This document shows, piece after piece, positions 1 through 7,832 of a stretch of DNA of 64,000 nt; within the stretch, counting starts at the first letter, position 1, and the number at the start of each line of letters is the position of its first letter. A model generated the notes under the pieces. That model saw only the letters and a list, made by a program, of their open reading frames with translations. It ran no database searches and was not told the DNA's origin. Source of the DNA: a virus (lineage: Duplodnaviria; Caudoviricetes); the IMG/VR virus record IMGVR_UViG_2754412371_000001, positions 29,313 through 93,312 of that record; one strand, given 5' to 3'. Both the position numbers and the translations under genes were made by a program.

Positions 1-1062
1 CGGTGCCGCCGGTGCCGCCGGCGCCGCCGGCGGCGCCGGCGGCGCCGGCGCGACTGCCGGTTGAGCAACCGCTGCAGCCGGTTGGGCAACCGCTGCAGCC
101 GGTTGGGCGACTGCCGGTTGAGCAACCGCTGCTGCGACTGCGGGCTGCGCAACGGCTGCGACAGCCGGTTGAGCAACCGCAGGCTGAACGACCGCTGCCG
201 CTTCAACCGCAACCGCCGGCTGTGCAACTGCCGCTGCCGCTGCCGCTGCCGCGACCACCGGAGGAGCTGCCGCCGCGCCCACACCGCCGATCAGTTGCGT
301 CTCGTCGACTTCCCACGCTGCCGGTGCCGGCTGTGCCGCATACGGATTCGCCGCGATGGCGGCCGACGAGTAGCCAAGCGCCGCACCCGTCGGGGCCGGC
401 AGACCCGCGATCGCACGAACCTGCGTCAGTGCGCGCTGTGCGGCCGCTTCGCTTTCCTGCTTCACGAAGTCGTCCAGGTTGTTCAGCTTCGTCAGCGCAT
501 CCGCCGGAACCGGCTTCGACCCGCCCGCGACCTGCACACCGTAGCGGGTGTCCTTACCGGCGCCCGACTTCTCGATGATGATGTCGCAGCCCGTGTTCGG
601 ATCCAGCAGGTTCGGCCATTCGTCGAACAGGCTGATGATGCCGCCCACGCCCTTGTTGCCGTTGAATACGGTCGGCGGGATTTCGAGGATCTGCGGCACG
701 CCGGCGTTCGTGCCGTCGAGTTCGAGGACGTTCAGCAGCACGCGGCCGCTTGCCTTCGATTCTTCGATGCGTTTCTTCGTCACGTCGTCCGTCGTCGACG
801 CCATCGCGGTCGCGACTGCATCGCACACCTCGCACGGGCGACCGAACGTGCGATCCGTGCAGATGTAAACCGCCTTCACCTGGCCCGCAGCATCCTTGAT
901 GAAGTGCTGACCGAAGTCGTGATAGAAGAGCGGATCACCGTTCCCGCGCCAACCGGGCAGGATGCGGTAACGGTTGCGACCGGCCTTCGGCTTGATGGTC
1001 TTTTGACCACCCGTCTCGGCCTTACGCTTTTGGAGGAGTTCCATCAGTGCTGCGGTGCTCAT
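1..1062 (-). CDS. T4 gp32-like single-stranded DNA-binding protein with Ala/Pro-rich tail (3' end runs off the window)
   Basis: Not in the ORF track. Hand translation from ATG at 1062: MSTAALMELLQKRKAETGGQKTIKPKAGRNRYRILPGW..FYHDFGQHF..YICTDRTFGRPCEVC..GCDIIIEKSGAG; RILP and H/C-x-CxxC zinc pattern typical of gp32-like SSBs. Confidence 0.7.
   Translation of the reverse strand, partial: MSTAALMELLQKRKAETGGQKTIKPKAGRNRYRILPGWRGNGDPLFYHDFGQHFIKDAAGQVKAVYICTDRTFGRPCEVCDAVATAMASTTDDVTKKRIEESKASGRVLLNVLELDGTNAGVPQILEIPPTVFNGNKGVGGIISLFDEWPNLLDPNTGCDIIIEKSGAGKDTRYGVQVAGGSKPVPADALTKLNNLDDFVKQESEAAAQRALTQVRAIAGLPAPTGAALGYSSAAIAANPYAAQPAPAAWEVDETQLIGGVGAAAAPPVVAAAAAAAAVAQPAVAVEAAAVVQPAVAQPAVAAVAQPAVAAAVAQPAVAQPAAAVAQPAAAVAQPAVAPAPPAPPAAPAAPAAP
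50..230 (-). repeat. Imperfect tandem repeats encoding (A)VAQPA in the SSB tail
   Basis: Repeated ccggttg(a/g)gcaaccgc/cgactg units. Confidence 0.85.
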
Positions 1063-1161
1063 GTAAGTTTCCTTGAACAGTTTCAGTGACAGTTAAGTCG
1101 GAAGTTACGAACAGTTTGATTGACGGGCGGAGTGCTAGTCTGCCCGTCTCACATCATAATT

Positions 1162-1179
1162 ATAGTCAGTCGTGACTTA
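1162..1179. promoter_or_regulatory. 18-bp palindrome site (upstream of SSB)
   Basis: ATAGTCA-gtcg-TGACTTA; overlaps a minus-strand TATAAT. Confidence 0.75.
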
Positions 1180-1206
1180 CTTTATAGATTAAAACGAAGG
1201 CATCCG

Positions 1207-1848
1207 CTAGGATGCTTGCTGCATCCGCGCCTGCTCTGCGGCGAGCGCACGGTCGCGAGCGCTGGTCGTCGCGTTGTCGGCTTCACGCGCCTGCATGATC
1301 CGCAGTTGACCCTCGCGCTCGCGCCGGCGATCCACCGATACCTGCACGATCATGTCCTTGCGCTGCATGTAGGCTTCGCGAGCATCGTTCGCGATGTCGT
1401 AGAGCGCGCGGGCCTCGATCACCTTGGTTTGGGCCGCAATCATGCGCGGATCGGACTTCACCGCGTTCTCGACCATCTTCTCGGTCGCCTTCAGGCCGTC
1501 CAGAACGAACTTCTTGCGCCATGCGGAATCGAGCGTCGACTCCATCACGTCAGCGGCCAGCTTGCACTTCTCCCACTGACGCCTCGCCAACGCTGCCTGC
1601 TGTGCGTAATGCACGAACATCGGCGCCTGGCTGATGACGGCTTCGTCGAGATCGTTCGGATTGACCTGTAGATCGTGCTTGAGCTGCGCCGCGTCGACGA
1701 ACACGCGCAGTCCATGTTCGTTCGGTTGGTCTGCCGGCACGGGCGCAGCCGGAGCCAGTTGTTCGACAGCACCTTCGACGGCCGGCTTGTCGATATTGCC
1801 CACCATCTGCGCCATCTGATTGACGGTCATTGCGGCGGTCTGAGTCAT
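1207..1848 (-). CDS. UvsY-like recombination mediator / coiled-coil protein
   Basis: Helical protein (..ATEKMVENAVKSDP..AYMQRKDM) next to a gp32-like SSB. Confidence 0.5.
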   Translation of the reverse strand: MTQTAAMTVNQMAQMVGNIDKPAVEGAVEQLAPAAPVPADQPNEHGLRVFVDAAQLKHDLQVNPNDLDEAVISQAPMFVHYAQQAALARRQWEKCKLAADVMESTLDSAWRKKFVLDGLKATEKMVENAVKSDPRMIAAQTKVIEARALYDIANDAREAYMQRKDMIVQVSVDRRREREGQLRIMQAREADNATTSARDRALAAEQARMQQAS

Positions 1849-1862
1849 GATCGTTCCTTCTG

Positions 1863-4800
1863 TTACGAGATAAGTTCGGCGGTTTTCGCCGCCACGGTCT
1901 GCAATACGGAATACTTGCCCGGATCGTGATAGATCTGCGCCGGGTTGATGCCGAACACGATCGACGCATCGCGCTTCGGGTCATACACGACCTTCCCTGC
2001 GAGCTCGGCGGTTGCCCCCTTCACGCTCGGCGCGAAGAATCGCGCTGAATTGCTCCCGAGCGTCACGATAACGGGCGGTTTCAGGATGTCGAGCTCACGC
2101 TGCAGGAATTCACTGCAGGCATTGATCTGCTCGTTCTTGAGCGTCTTCTGGTCCTTCGGCTTGCCGCTCTTCACCAGCGCCGTGAAGTAGCCGTCCTGCG
2201 GCGACAGCCCTGCCTCCTTCAGTGCGTTGATGAGCATCGCCGCGTTGTCGCCCTCGAGCAACTTGCCCGCCTTTTCCTCCTGCCAGTTCGGGTTGTCGGC
2301 GACCACCATGAACTTCGGCGTCTTACCCACGCGCGGCATCGGGTGGCAACCACCCGACAGCGAGCATTTATCGCAGCTGCGTGTTTCCTCAGCGAGCCGC
2401 ACGATTTGCAGCAGGGCGAGCTTCTCGGCGTTCAGCGCGCGGTCAGCTTTCACAGTTTCGACCGCAAAACCCGGCAAGAGCTCAATTCGGTCTTTCTGCC
2501 GGTCAGGGTGCATAGCCGTTACGCGATCGCCTTCGCACTCAGCGAACGCACCGATGCGCGCGAGCTTCTCCTTCACCGCGGAGTTGATGTGCCGGCCGGT
2601 ATAGCCGGCAGACTTCAGCGCCGCATCAAAGTCGGTGCGGTTCGCGAATGGCCGCCCCCACTTTGCGCGCGCGTCGACGACATAGCCTGCTGCGTTCTCC
2701 GACATGCCCTTGAGCGCCTGGAACGGCGCATACAGCTTGTCTTCGCCGACGATTTCGACACGGGCGCTCGAATGGTTGATGTCCGGTGGCAGGACTTGAA
2801 TGTTCATCCGGCGCGCCTCGGTCACCAGCAACTCGCGCTTCTCTTCCTTGTCGAGCTCCGTCAGCGACGCGGCGAAGAACTCCGCCGGGAAGTAGACCTT
2901 GAGCCACATCGTCCAGAACGAGATCACCGCATACTCGACTGAGTGCGATTTGTTGAAGGCGTAACCAGCGAACACCTCGATCTTGTCCCAGAGCATGCCT
3001 GCGGCGCGCTCGTCCATACCGGATACAGAGACGCAGCCAGATACGAACTTCTCGCGCATTTCGGCCATCTTCTCCTTGTCCTTCTTGCCCATTGCTTTCC
3101 GCAGGTGGTCTGCTTGGGCAAGCGTGAAGCCAGCAACGTCGCGGGCAACTTGCATCACCTGTTCCTGATACACGATCACACCGAACGTGTCTTTCAACGC
3201 AGGCGCCATATTCGGATGCTCGTAATACGGATGCTTCTTCCCCTGCTTGATGGCGATGTAGTCGTCGCACAGCCCGGCATCAAGCGGTCCCGGACGATAC
3301 AGCGCGACCGCAGCGACCAAGTCATCGAACGTGACATCGCCAGCGAGCGCCATTTCGCGCAAAATGCGACGCATACCAGGCGATTCAAACTGGAACACAC
3401 CCGTCGTGTCACCCTGCCCGAACGCCTTCATCACCTTGGCGTCGTTAAGCGGCAGCTTCAACAGGTCGATGGTCTTGCCGTGACGCTCCTTGATGTAGTC
3501 GGAGGCAAGCTTCAGGACATCGAGGTTCGTCAGACCCAAGATGTCCATCTTGATGAGCCCCCAATCCTCGACCGACCGCTTGTCCCAATTGCACACCGGG
3601 CCGCCCGTTCGGGTTTCGACAACCGCGCGGTTCACGATCGGCTCACCGGCCACAACGACGCCCGCTGCGTGCTGACCGAGGCCGCGCGCGGCGCCCTCAA
3701 GGTTTACGGCATGCTTCCAGACATCGGGGAACTTGTTTCGGAATTTGTCGATCTCGGGGACCACCGCGGCCGACTCTTCGAGCGACGCGGACACTCCATG
3801 CGTGCTTTCCATCTGCTTCGAACAGGCATAGTCGAACGGAGACAGGTCATGGACGCGCCCGCAATCACGAAGCGAGGACGCTGCGCCCAGCGTGTTGTAG
3901 TTGGAAATGCCTGCGACATTCTCCCGCCCGAAGTGCTCCACGATATATTCGATGACCTCGTGACGGCGCTTCGACATGAAGTCCAGGTCGGCGTCGGGCA
4001 AATCGAGACGCTCCGGGTTGATAAAGCGCTCGAACAGCAGATCGAACCGAATAGGATCGACGTCGGTGATACCCATCAGATACGCGACGAGCGAGCCGCC
4101 CACCGAACCGCGGCCTGGCCCGACGATGATGCCGGCCTGCTTCGCCCACTGGACGATATGCTGCGTCAGCAGGAAGTAGCCGGAAAAACCCAGCTTGCGC
4201 AAGGTATCGAGCTCATACGCAAGCCGTTGCTTGTATGCCGGCAGCTCGGACGCGTCGGGCTTGTGGCCCAGCACCGGCGCAGAGAACCGCTGCCGCCAGC
4301 CCACCGCGCATGCCTCCATCAGCGCCTTGAACTCGTCGTCGGCCATCTTGGGCAGACACGGATCCAGCTTCTTGAACTCGTATGTGCAGGCATCGGCGAG
4401 CTCCTGGTTGCCCTTCATCGCGTGCATCACCGGAAGGTCCAGATCCCGCGCGGCAACGACGATATCCGTCATCGGCTTCATGCAGAAGTCACGGGCATGC
4501 GGTCGCATGACGCGGCGATCGCCCATCTTGACGTCCCGCGCCTCGATGATGACTCGCATAACATCGAGCGTGTCGGCGTGCTCTTCGTTCGGGTAGAGCG
4601 CGGGCCAAGACAGAATCGCACTCATCCCGTGCTTGTTGATCATTTCCGTCGCGCGCTGGTTGATCGTGCGATACAGCGGCGTGTTGAGCGGCACGAGCTC
4701 CACGAACACCGGCATGCGGCGAAACAGGTCGACCAACACTTCCTCGTATTTCGTGTAATGGAACAGCCCGTAGAAGTCGCCAGTCGAAATTATGCAGTCC

Positions 4801-5222
4801 TCGAGCTCGTAGAGCTCCTGCAAGCCGATACGCGAGTGGTAGTAGAAGTATTCCGCGCTGTTGGCCTTCGACAGCAGCTTCATGAGGCTGCGCATGCCGT
4901 TGTCGTTCTTCACATAGGCTTTCACCATGAAGAACGGGTTGGGCTTTTCAGCCTCACCGCTCGACTTCGCGGGCTTGCGGTAGGTCGGATCCTCGTAGAC
5001 GCGCAGCGTGCAGCCGATGATCGGCTTGACCCCCGCTTTCTGCGCCTTGCCGGCGAAGGTGACCATGTTGGAAACGGTCATGGTGTCGACCAGCGCGAGC
5101 GAGGCGTAGCCCAGCTCCTTTGCGCGATCCACCATCTTGTCGACCTGCAGGATCGACTGCCCCATCGAGAAGTCGGATCGCGCATTCAGAAAGTGCCGTT
5201 GCAGACTCGTTGATACACTCAT
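1863..5222 (-). CDS. dnaE: DNA polymerase III alpha (family C) with a C-terminal uracil-DNA-glycosylase-like domain
   Basis: GPGRGSVGGSLVAY, FERFINPER, PDADLDF, HAAGVVV, GLIKMDILGL, GVFQFES, YAFNKSHS; C-terminus CDKC..C..INACSEFLQRELDILKPPVIVTLG. Confidence 0.95.
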   Translation of the reverse strand: MSVSTSLQRHFLNARSDFSMGQSILQVDKMVDRAKELGYASLALVDTMTVSNMVTFAGKAQKAGVKPIIGCTLRVYEDPTYRKPAKSSGEAEKPNPFFMVKAYVKNDNGMRSLMKLLSKANSAEYFYYHSRIGLQELYELEDCIISTGDFYGLFHYTKYEEVLVDLFRRMPVFVELVPLNTPLYRTINQRATEMINKHGMSAILSWPALYPNEEHADTLDVMRVIIEARDVKMGDRRVMRPHARDFCMKPMTDIVVAARDLDLPVMHAMKGNQELADACTYEFKKLDPCLPKMADDEFKALMEACAVGWRQRFSAPVLGHKPDASELPAYKQRLAYELDTLRKLGFSGYFLLTQHIVQWAKQAGIIVGPGRGSVGGSLVAYLMGITDVDPIRFDLLFERFINPERLDLPDADLDFMSKRRHEVIEYIVEHFGRENVAGISNYNTLGAASSLRDCGRVHDLSPFDYACSKQMESTHGVSASLEESAAVVPEIDKFRNKFPDVWKHAVNLEGAARGLGQHAAGVVVAGEPIVNRAVVETRTGGPVCNWDKRSVEDWGLIKMDILGLTNLDVLKLASDYIKERHGKTIDLLKLPLNDAKVMKAFGQGDTTGVFQFESPGMRRILREMALAGDVTFDDLVAAVALYRPGPLDAGLCDDYIAIKQGKKHPYYEHPNMAPALKDTFGVIVYQEQVMQVARDVAGFTLAQADHLRKAMGKKDKEKMAEMREKFVSGCVSVSGMDERAAGMLWDKIEVFAGYAFNKSHSVEYAVISFWTMWLKVYFPAEFFAASLTELDKEEKRELLVTEARRMNIQVLPPDINHSSARVEIVGEDKLYAPFQALKGMSENAAGYVVDARAKWGRPFANRTDFDAALKSAGYTGRHINSAVKEKLARIGAFAECEGDRVTAMHPDRQKDRIELLPGFAVETVKADRALNAEKLALLQIVRLAEETRSCDKCSLSGGCHPMPRVGKTPKFMVVADNPNWQEEKAGKLLEGDNAAMLINALKEAGLSPQDGYFTALVKSGKPKDQKTLKNEQINACSEFLQRELDILKPPVIVTLGSNSARFFAPSVKGATAELAGKVVYDPKRDASIVFGINPAQIYHDPGKYSVLQTVAAKTAELIS

Positions 5223-5237
5223 ATAAAGGGTTCCCGG

Positions 5238-5861
5238 TTAACAAACAGCAGTTTTCCCGACCGCGCCCGGCGCGCACACGATGCGGTCACCCGCCAGTCG
5301 CGCGATACCGAGCGCAGGGAAAAGCGCCACCACAATCGACACGCGCGAAAACGCGGTGCCCTCGGACCAACCATAAACGCGGACATACTCCGCGCGCAGC
5401 TTTGCTTTGGTGAACCCGCCGGCGAGCAGCATGTCGCCCGCGAGCCGCAGCCACGGTGCGCTCCCATTGCCGAAGGGGTTCTCGCCATTCGCGACCCGGT
5501 AGCGCGCCCGCGCGTCCAAGCCGCGCTTGAGCATCGGCTTCAACACCTTGGCGACGCGCACCGGGACAGAGGCGAGCAGAGCTTCTTCCCGTGCACCCAT
5601 CGTGAGATTGACTTTGAGCGACGCCATCGCGGGCGCCGCGATCGTTGTCATCGGGTTCGATGCGGGTGTCGACTGAGCAGTTACGACTTTTGCCGTGCGT
5701 TCCAGGTATGCGAGGTTCGTCGTGACGTCCATCTTCTTCGCCAGGGACATGAGCATCCCGTGACAAGCGGATACGCAACCGCCCTTCTCACCGCATGCGG
5801 AACACGTCTTGGATTCGGCGACGAAAACCGACGGCAAACCGTAGCAGCTCGGCGAAGCCAT
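5238..5861 (-). CDS. Hypothetical protein with N-terminal Cys cluster and possible C-terminal winged helix
   Basis: Start reassigned to MASPSCYG (overlaps the upstream stop); C..CSAC..C..C. Confidence 0.7.
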   Translation of the reverse strand: MASPSCYGLPSVFVAESKTCSACGEKGGCVSACHGMLMSLAKKMDVTTNLAYLERTAKVVTAQSTPASNPMTTIAAPAMASLKVNLTMGAREEALLASVPVRVAKVLKPMLKRGLDARARYRVANGENPFGNGSAPWLRLAGDMLLAGGFTKAKLRAEYVRVYGWSEGTAFSRVSIVVALFPALGIARLAGDRIVCAPGAVGKTAVC

Positions 5862-6517
5862 TACAGCGCAACCCCATAGACACGCTCGAGCTCGGCCCTG
5901 ACGCGATCGCACTCCGACTTCTTCAGGCTCAGGAACCGAAAGATCATGCGCAGCGTGATGTCCTTCGGCGGCAGCACCATGCGCTCGCACGTCTCTTCGA
6001 AGAACGCCATGAATTCGGGCGTCTGGTGCAGCAGCAACGCCACAACGCGCTTCGCATTCGGGGTGAGCATCGCAATGTTTGCCAACCGCGACTGGCGACG
6101 CTCGAGCAGGCTCTCGGGCGTGTCTGCGTCTTCCTCTTCATCCTGGGACGAGAGGAACTCGTAGCTGTCGCCGCTACCGCCCTCGTCGAGCCCGTCGCCT
6201 GCCAGCGCCTCGGTGCTCACCAGACCGAGTCTCGTTCGCTCTTCGATCATGCGCTCGGCCCACTTGTTGAAGTTGTTCCAGCACGACTGACCGAAGTAGG
6301 CAGAGAATTTCCAGCCCTTGGTCGGATCAAAGGTGGAGATACAGCGGACGAGGCTTTCGGTCATCTGCTGATAGACGTCCTCGTAATCAACCGAGACACC
6401 TGCTTCCGCGAGTCGGCCGAACCCCTTCTTCGCGAACTTATGGAGAAGACCGATGTTGTCGGTGTAGTAGGCACTGCGGGCGGCCGTAGCCGCCCTCGTT
6501 TCTGCGTGGGCAAGCAT
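5861..6517 (-). CDS. Sigma-70-family-like factor (region 2 clear, region 4 divergent)
   Basis: DYEDVYQQ..LVRCISTFDPTKGWKFSAY matches the sigma region 2 pattern FDPxKGxKFSTY. Confidence 0.7.
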   Translation of the reverse strand: MLAHAETRAATAARSAYYTDNIGLLHKFAKKGFGRLAEAGVSVDYEDVYQQMTESLVRCISTFDPTKGWKFSAYFGQSCWNNFNKWAERMIEERTRLGLVSTEALAGDGLDEGGSGDSYEFLSSQDEEEDADTPESLLERRQSRLANIAMLTPNAKRVVALLLHQTPEFMAFFEETCERMVLPPKDITLRMIFRFLSLKKSECDRVRAELERVYGVAL

Positions 6518-6526
6518 GGCCGGTCC

Positions 6527-7717
6527 TTAGCTGGTGAAGATGCGCGATGCGACGCCGTCGACGACTTGACGATCAACGGGCGAAAGTTTGTTGATGAAGG
6601 CGAGCGTCAGGCCGGCGCGCCAGCTGCCCTTGCGCAGCCCGATATCGGCTGCATCGATCAGGCAGCGCGGCGAGATCGTGTTGCTGATTTCCTTCGACCG
6701 ATACGAATCGCGCACCATGTTCGCGAACTGCACCAGTTTTTGTGCCTGGTCCGACTTGATCTTCGACCGGTTCACGAGGATCAATTGCTCGAGCTCAGGC
6801 TTCATGTAGGTCGCCTCAATGACCATGCCAAACCGGTCGAAGTTCGCAGCGTTCTGAATCTGCGTGCCCTGATACAGGCCCGTGTCGTCACCGGAGCCGT
6901 TCGTGTTGCCCGTCGCAACGAATCGGAAGTTCGGGTGTGGCTTCACGACGCGCCACTCCGGCGACGCATCTTTAATAATTAGTGACTTACCGTATTCGAG
7001 AATAGGCTGATACACAGCGAGGACGGCCGGCAACCCGAAGTCGTATTCGTCGGCGAGATAGATCCAGCCATGACGCATCGCGAGCGGCAGCAGGCCGGGC
7101 TCGAAGACGGTTTCACCGTTACGCACGACCCACTGGCCGAGCACATGCGCTTCTTCGGTGCCGATCGAGTGCTGGATGCGAACGACGGGTCGCCCGGTGC
7201 GTGCCGCGATCTGCTCGACGAGCGTCGTCTTGCCCGTCCCAGCGTGGCCCCAGACAAACAGGTTCTTTCCGAGTTCGATCGCCATCAAGGCGTTCTTGAG
7301 GTTGTCCACGTCGAAGATGAAGCCGCTGTCGACAGCGGGCACAAATTCGGGATTCGACGGGTTGGCAAAGACCGTCACGGGGATCGGCTGACCGCGTCCA
7401 TTCTTGCCGGCCGGCGCGTCACCGAGCCCAAAGACTTCATGCAGAGCGCCTGTCGTCTCCCCGTTCGGATTGAGCGCGGTGACATTCGCCGGCATTGCGC
7501 TGCCGGCCATAGCGACCGCCGGCGCGGCGCTGCCCTGCTCTGCCAGGCGCTTTGCGATCGCAGACTTCGCGACCTCAGACAGAACCGGCGCATTCGGATA
7601 CTGAGCCTGATACTGGTGAAGCGTCATGTCTTCATGCTTGTCCTTCAGGTGCAGCTCAACCGAATGGATCATCGCGCCGCAGATGGCGCAAGCGATCTTG
7701 CCGTTGGACTCGTTCAT
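6527..7717 (-). CDS. CobS/MoxR-like AAA+ ATPase with N-terminal C2H2 zinc finger
   Basis: CAIC..HLKDKH; Walker A GHAGTGKT; YLADEYD; HPNFRFVATGNTNG; NAANFDRF; SPR. Confidence 0.9.
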   Translation of the reverse strand: MNESNGKIACAICGAMIHSVELHLKDKHEDMTLHQYQAQYPNAPVLSEVAKSAIAKRLAEQGSAAPAVAMAGSAMPANVTALNPNGETTGALHEVFGLGDAPAGKNGRGQPIPVTVFANPSNPEFVPAVDSGFIFDVDNLKNALMAIELGKNLFVWGHAGTGKTTLVEQIAARTGRPVVRIQHSIGTEEAHVLGQWVVRNGETVFEPGLLPLAMRHGWIYLADEYDFGLPAVLAVYQPILEYGKSLIIKDASPEWRVVKPHPNFRFVATGNTNGSGDDTGLYQGTQIQNAANFDRFGMVIEATYMKPELEQLILVNRSKIKSDQAQKLVQFANMVRDSYRSKEISNTISPRCLIDAADIGLRKGSWRAGLTLAFINKLSPVDRQVVDGVASRIFTS

Positions 7718-7795
7718 TCGTTCCCCCGTGTTCAACACGAAAAATTCAAGAAATTAAGCGATTGGTGAATAATAGAGGTGCCCACTTGGATTTGT

Positions 7796-7813
7796 AAAGT
7801 CACTTTTTACTTA
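7796..7813. promoter_or_regulatory. 18-bp palindrome site (upstream of cobS-like)
   Basis: AAAGTCA-cttt-TTACTTA. Confidence 0.65.
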
Positions 7814-7832
7814 TCCTTTCGGGCGTAAAAAA

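Noticed and set aside
1039-1062. The SSB N-terminus MSTAALME resembles the recalled native AtpD N-terminus MSTAALVE
   Set aside because: Only 8 low-complexity residues, followed by a coherent gp32-like protein in mid-element with no atpG nearby; treated as coincidence, not an att remnant
2943-5213. Long plus-strand ORFs opposite real genes (2943-5213, 13147-14523, 35225-37015, 37331-38779, 61-1089 and others)
   Set aside because: Antisense shadow frames expected in GC-rich coding DNA; no motifs, and the opposite strand carries recognisable proteins
6973-6990. Palindrome half-site TGACTTA inside the cobS-like gene, and half-sites near 10126 and 10421
   Set aside because: Only one half matches the consensus, so they were not counted as sites
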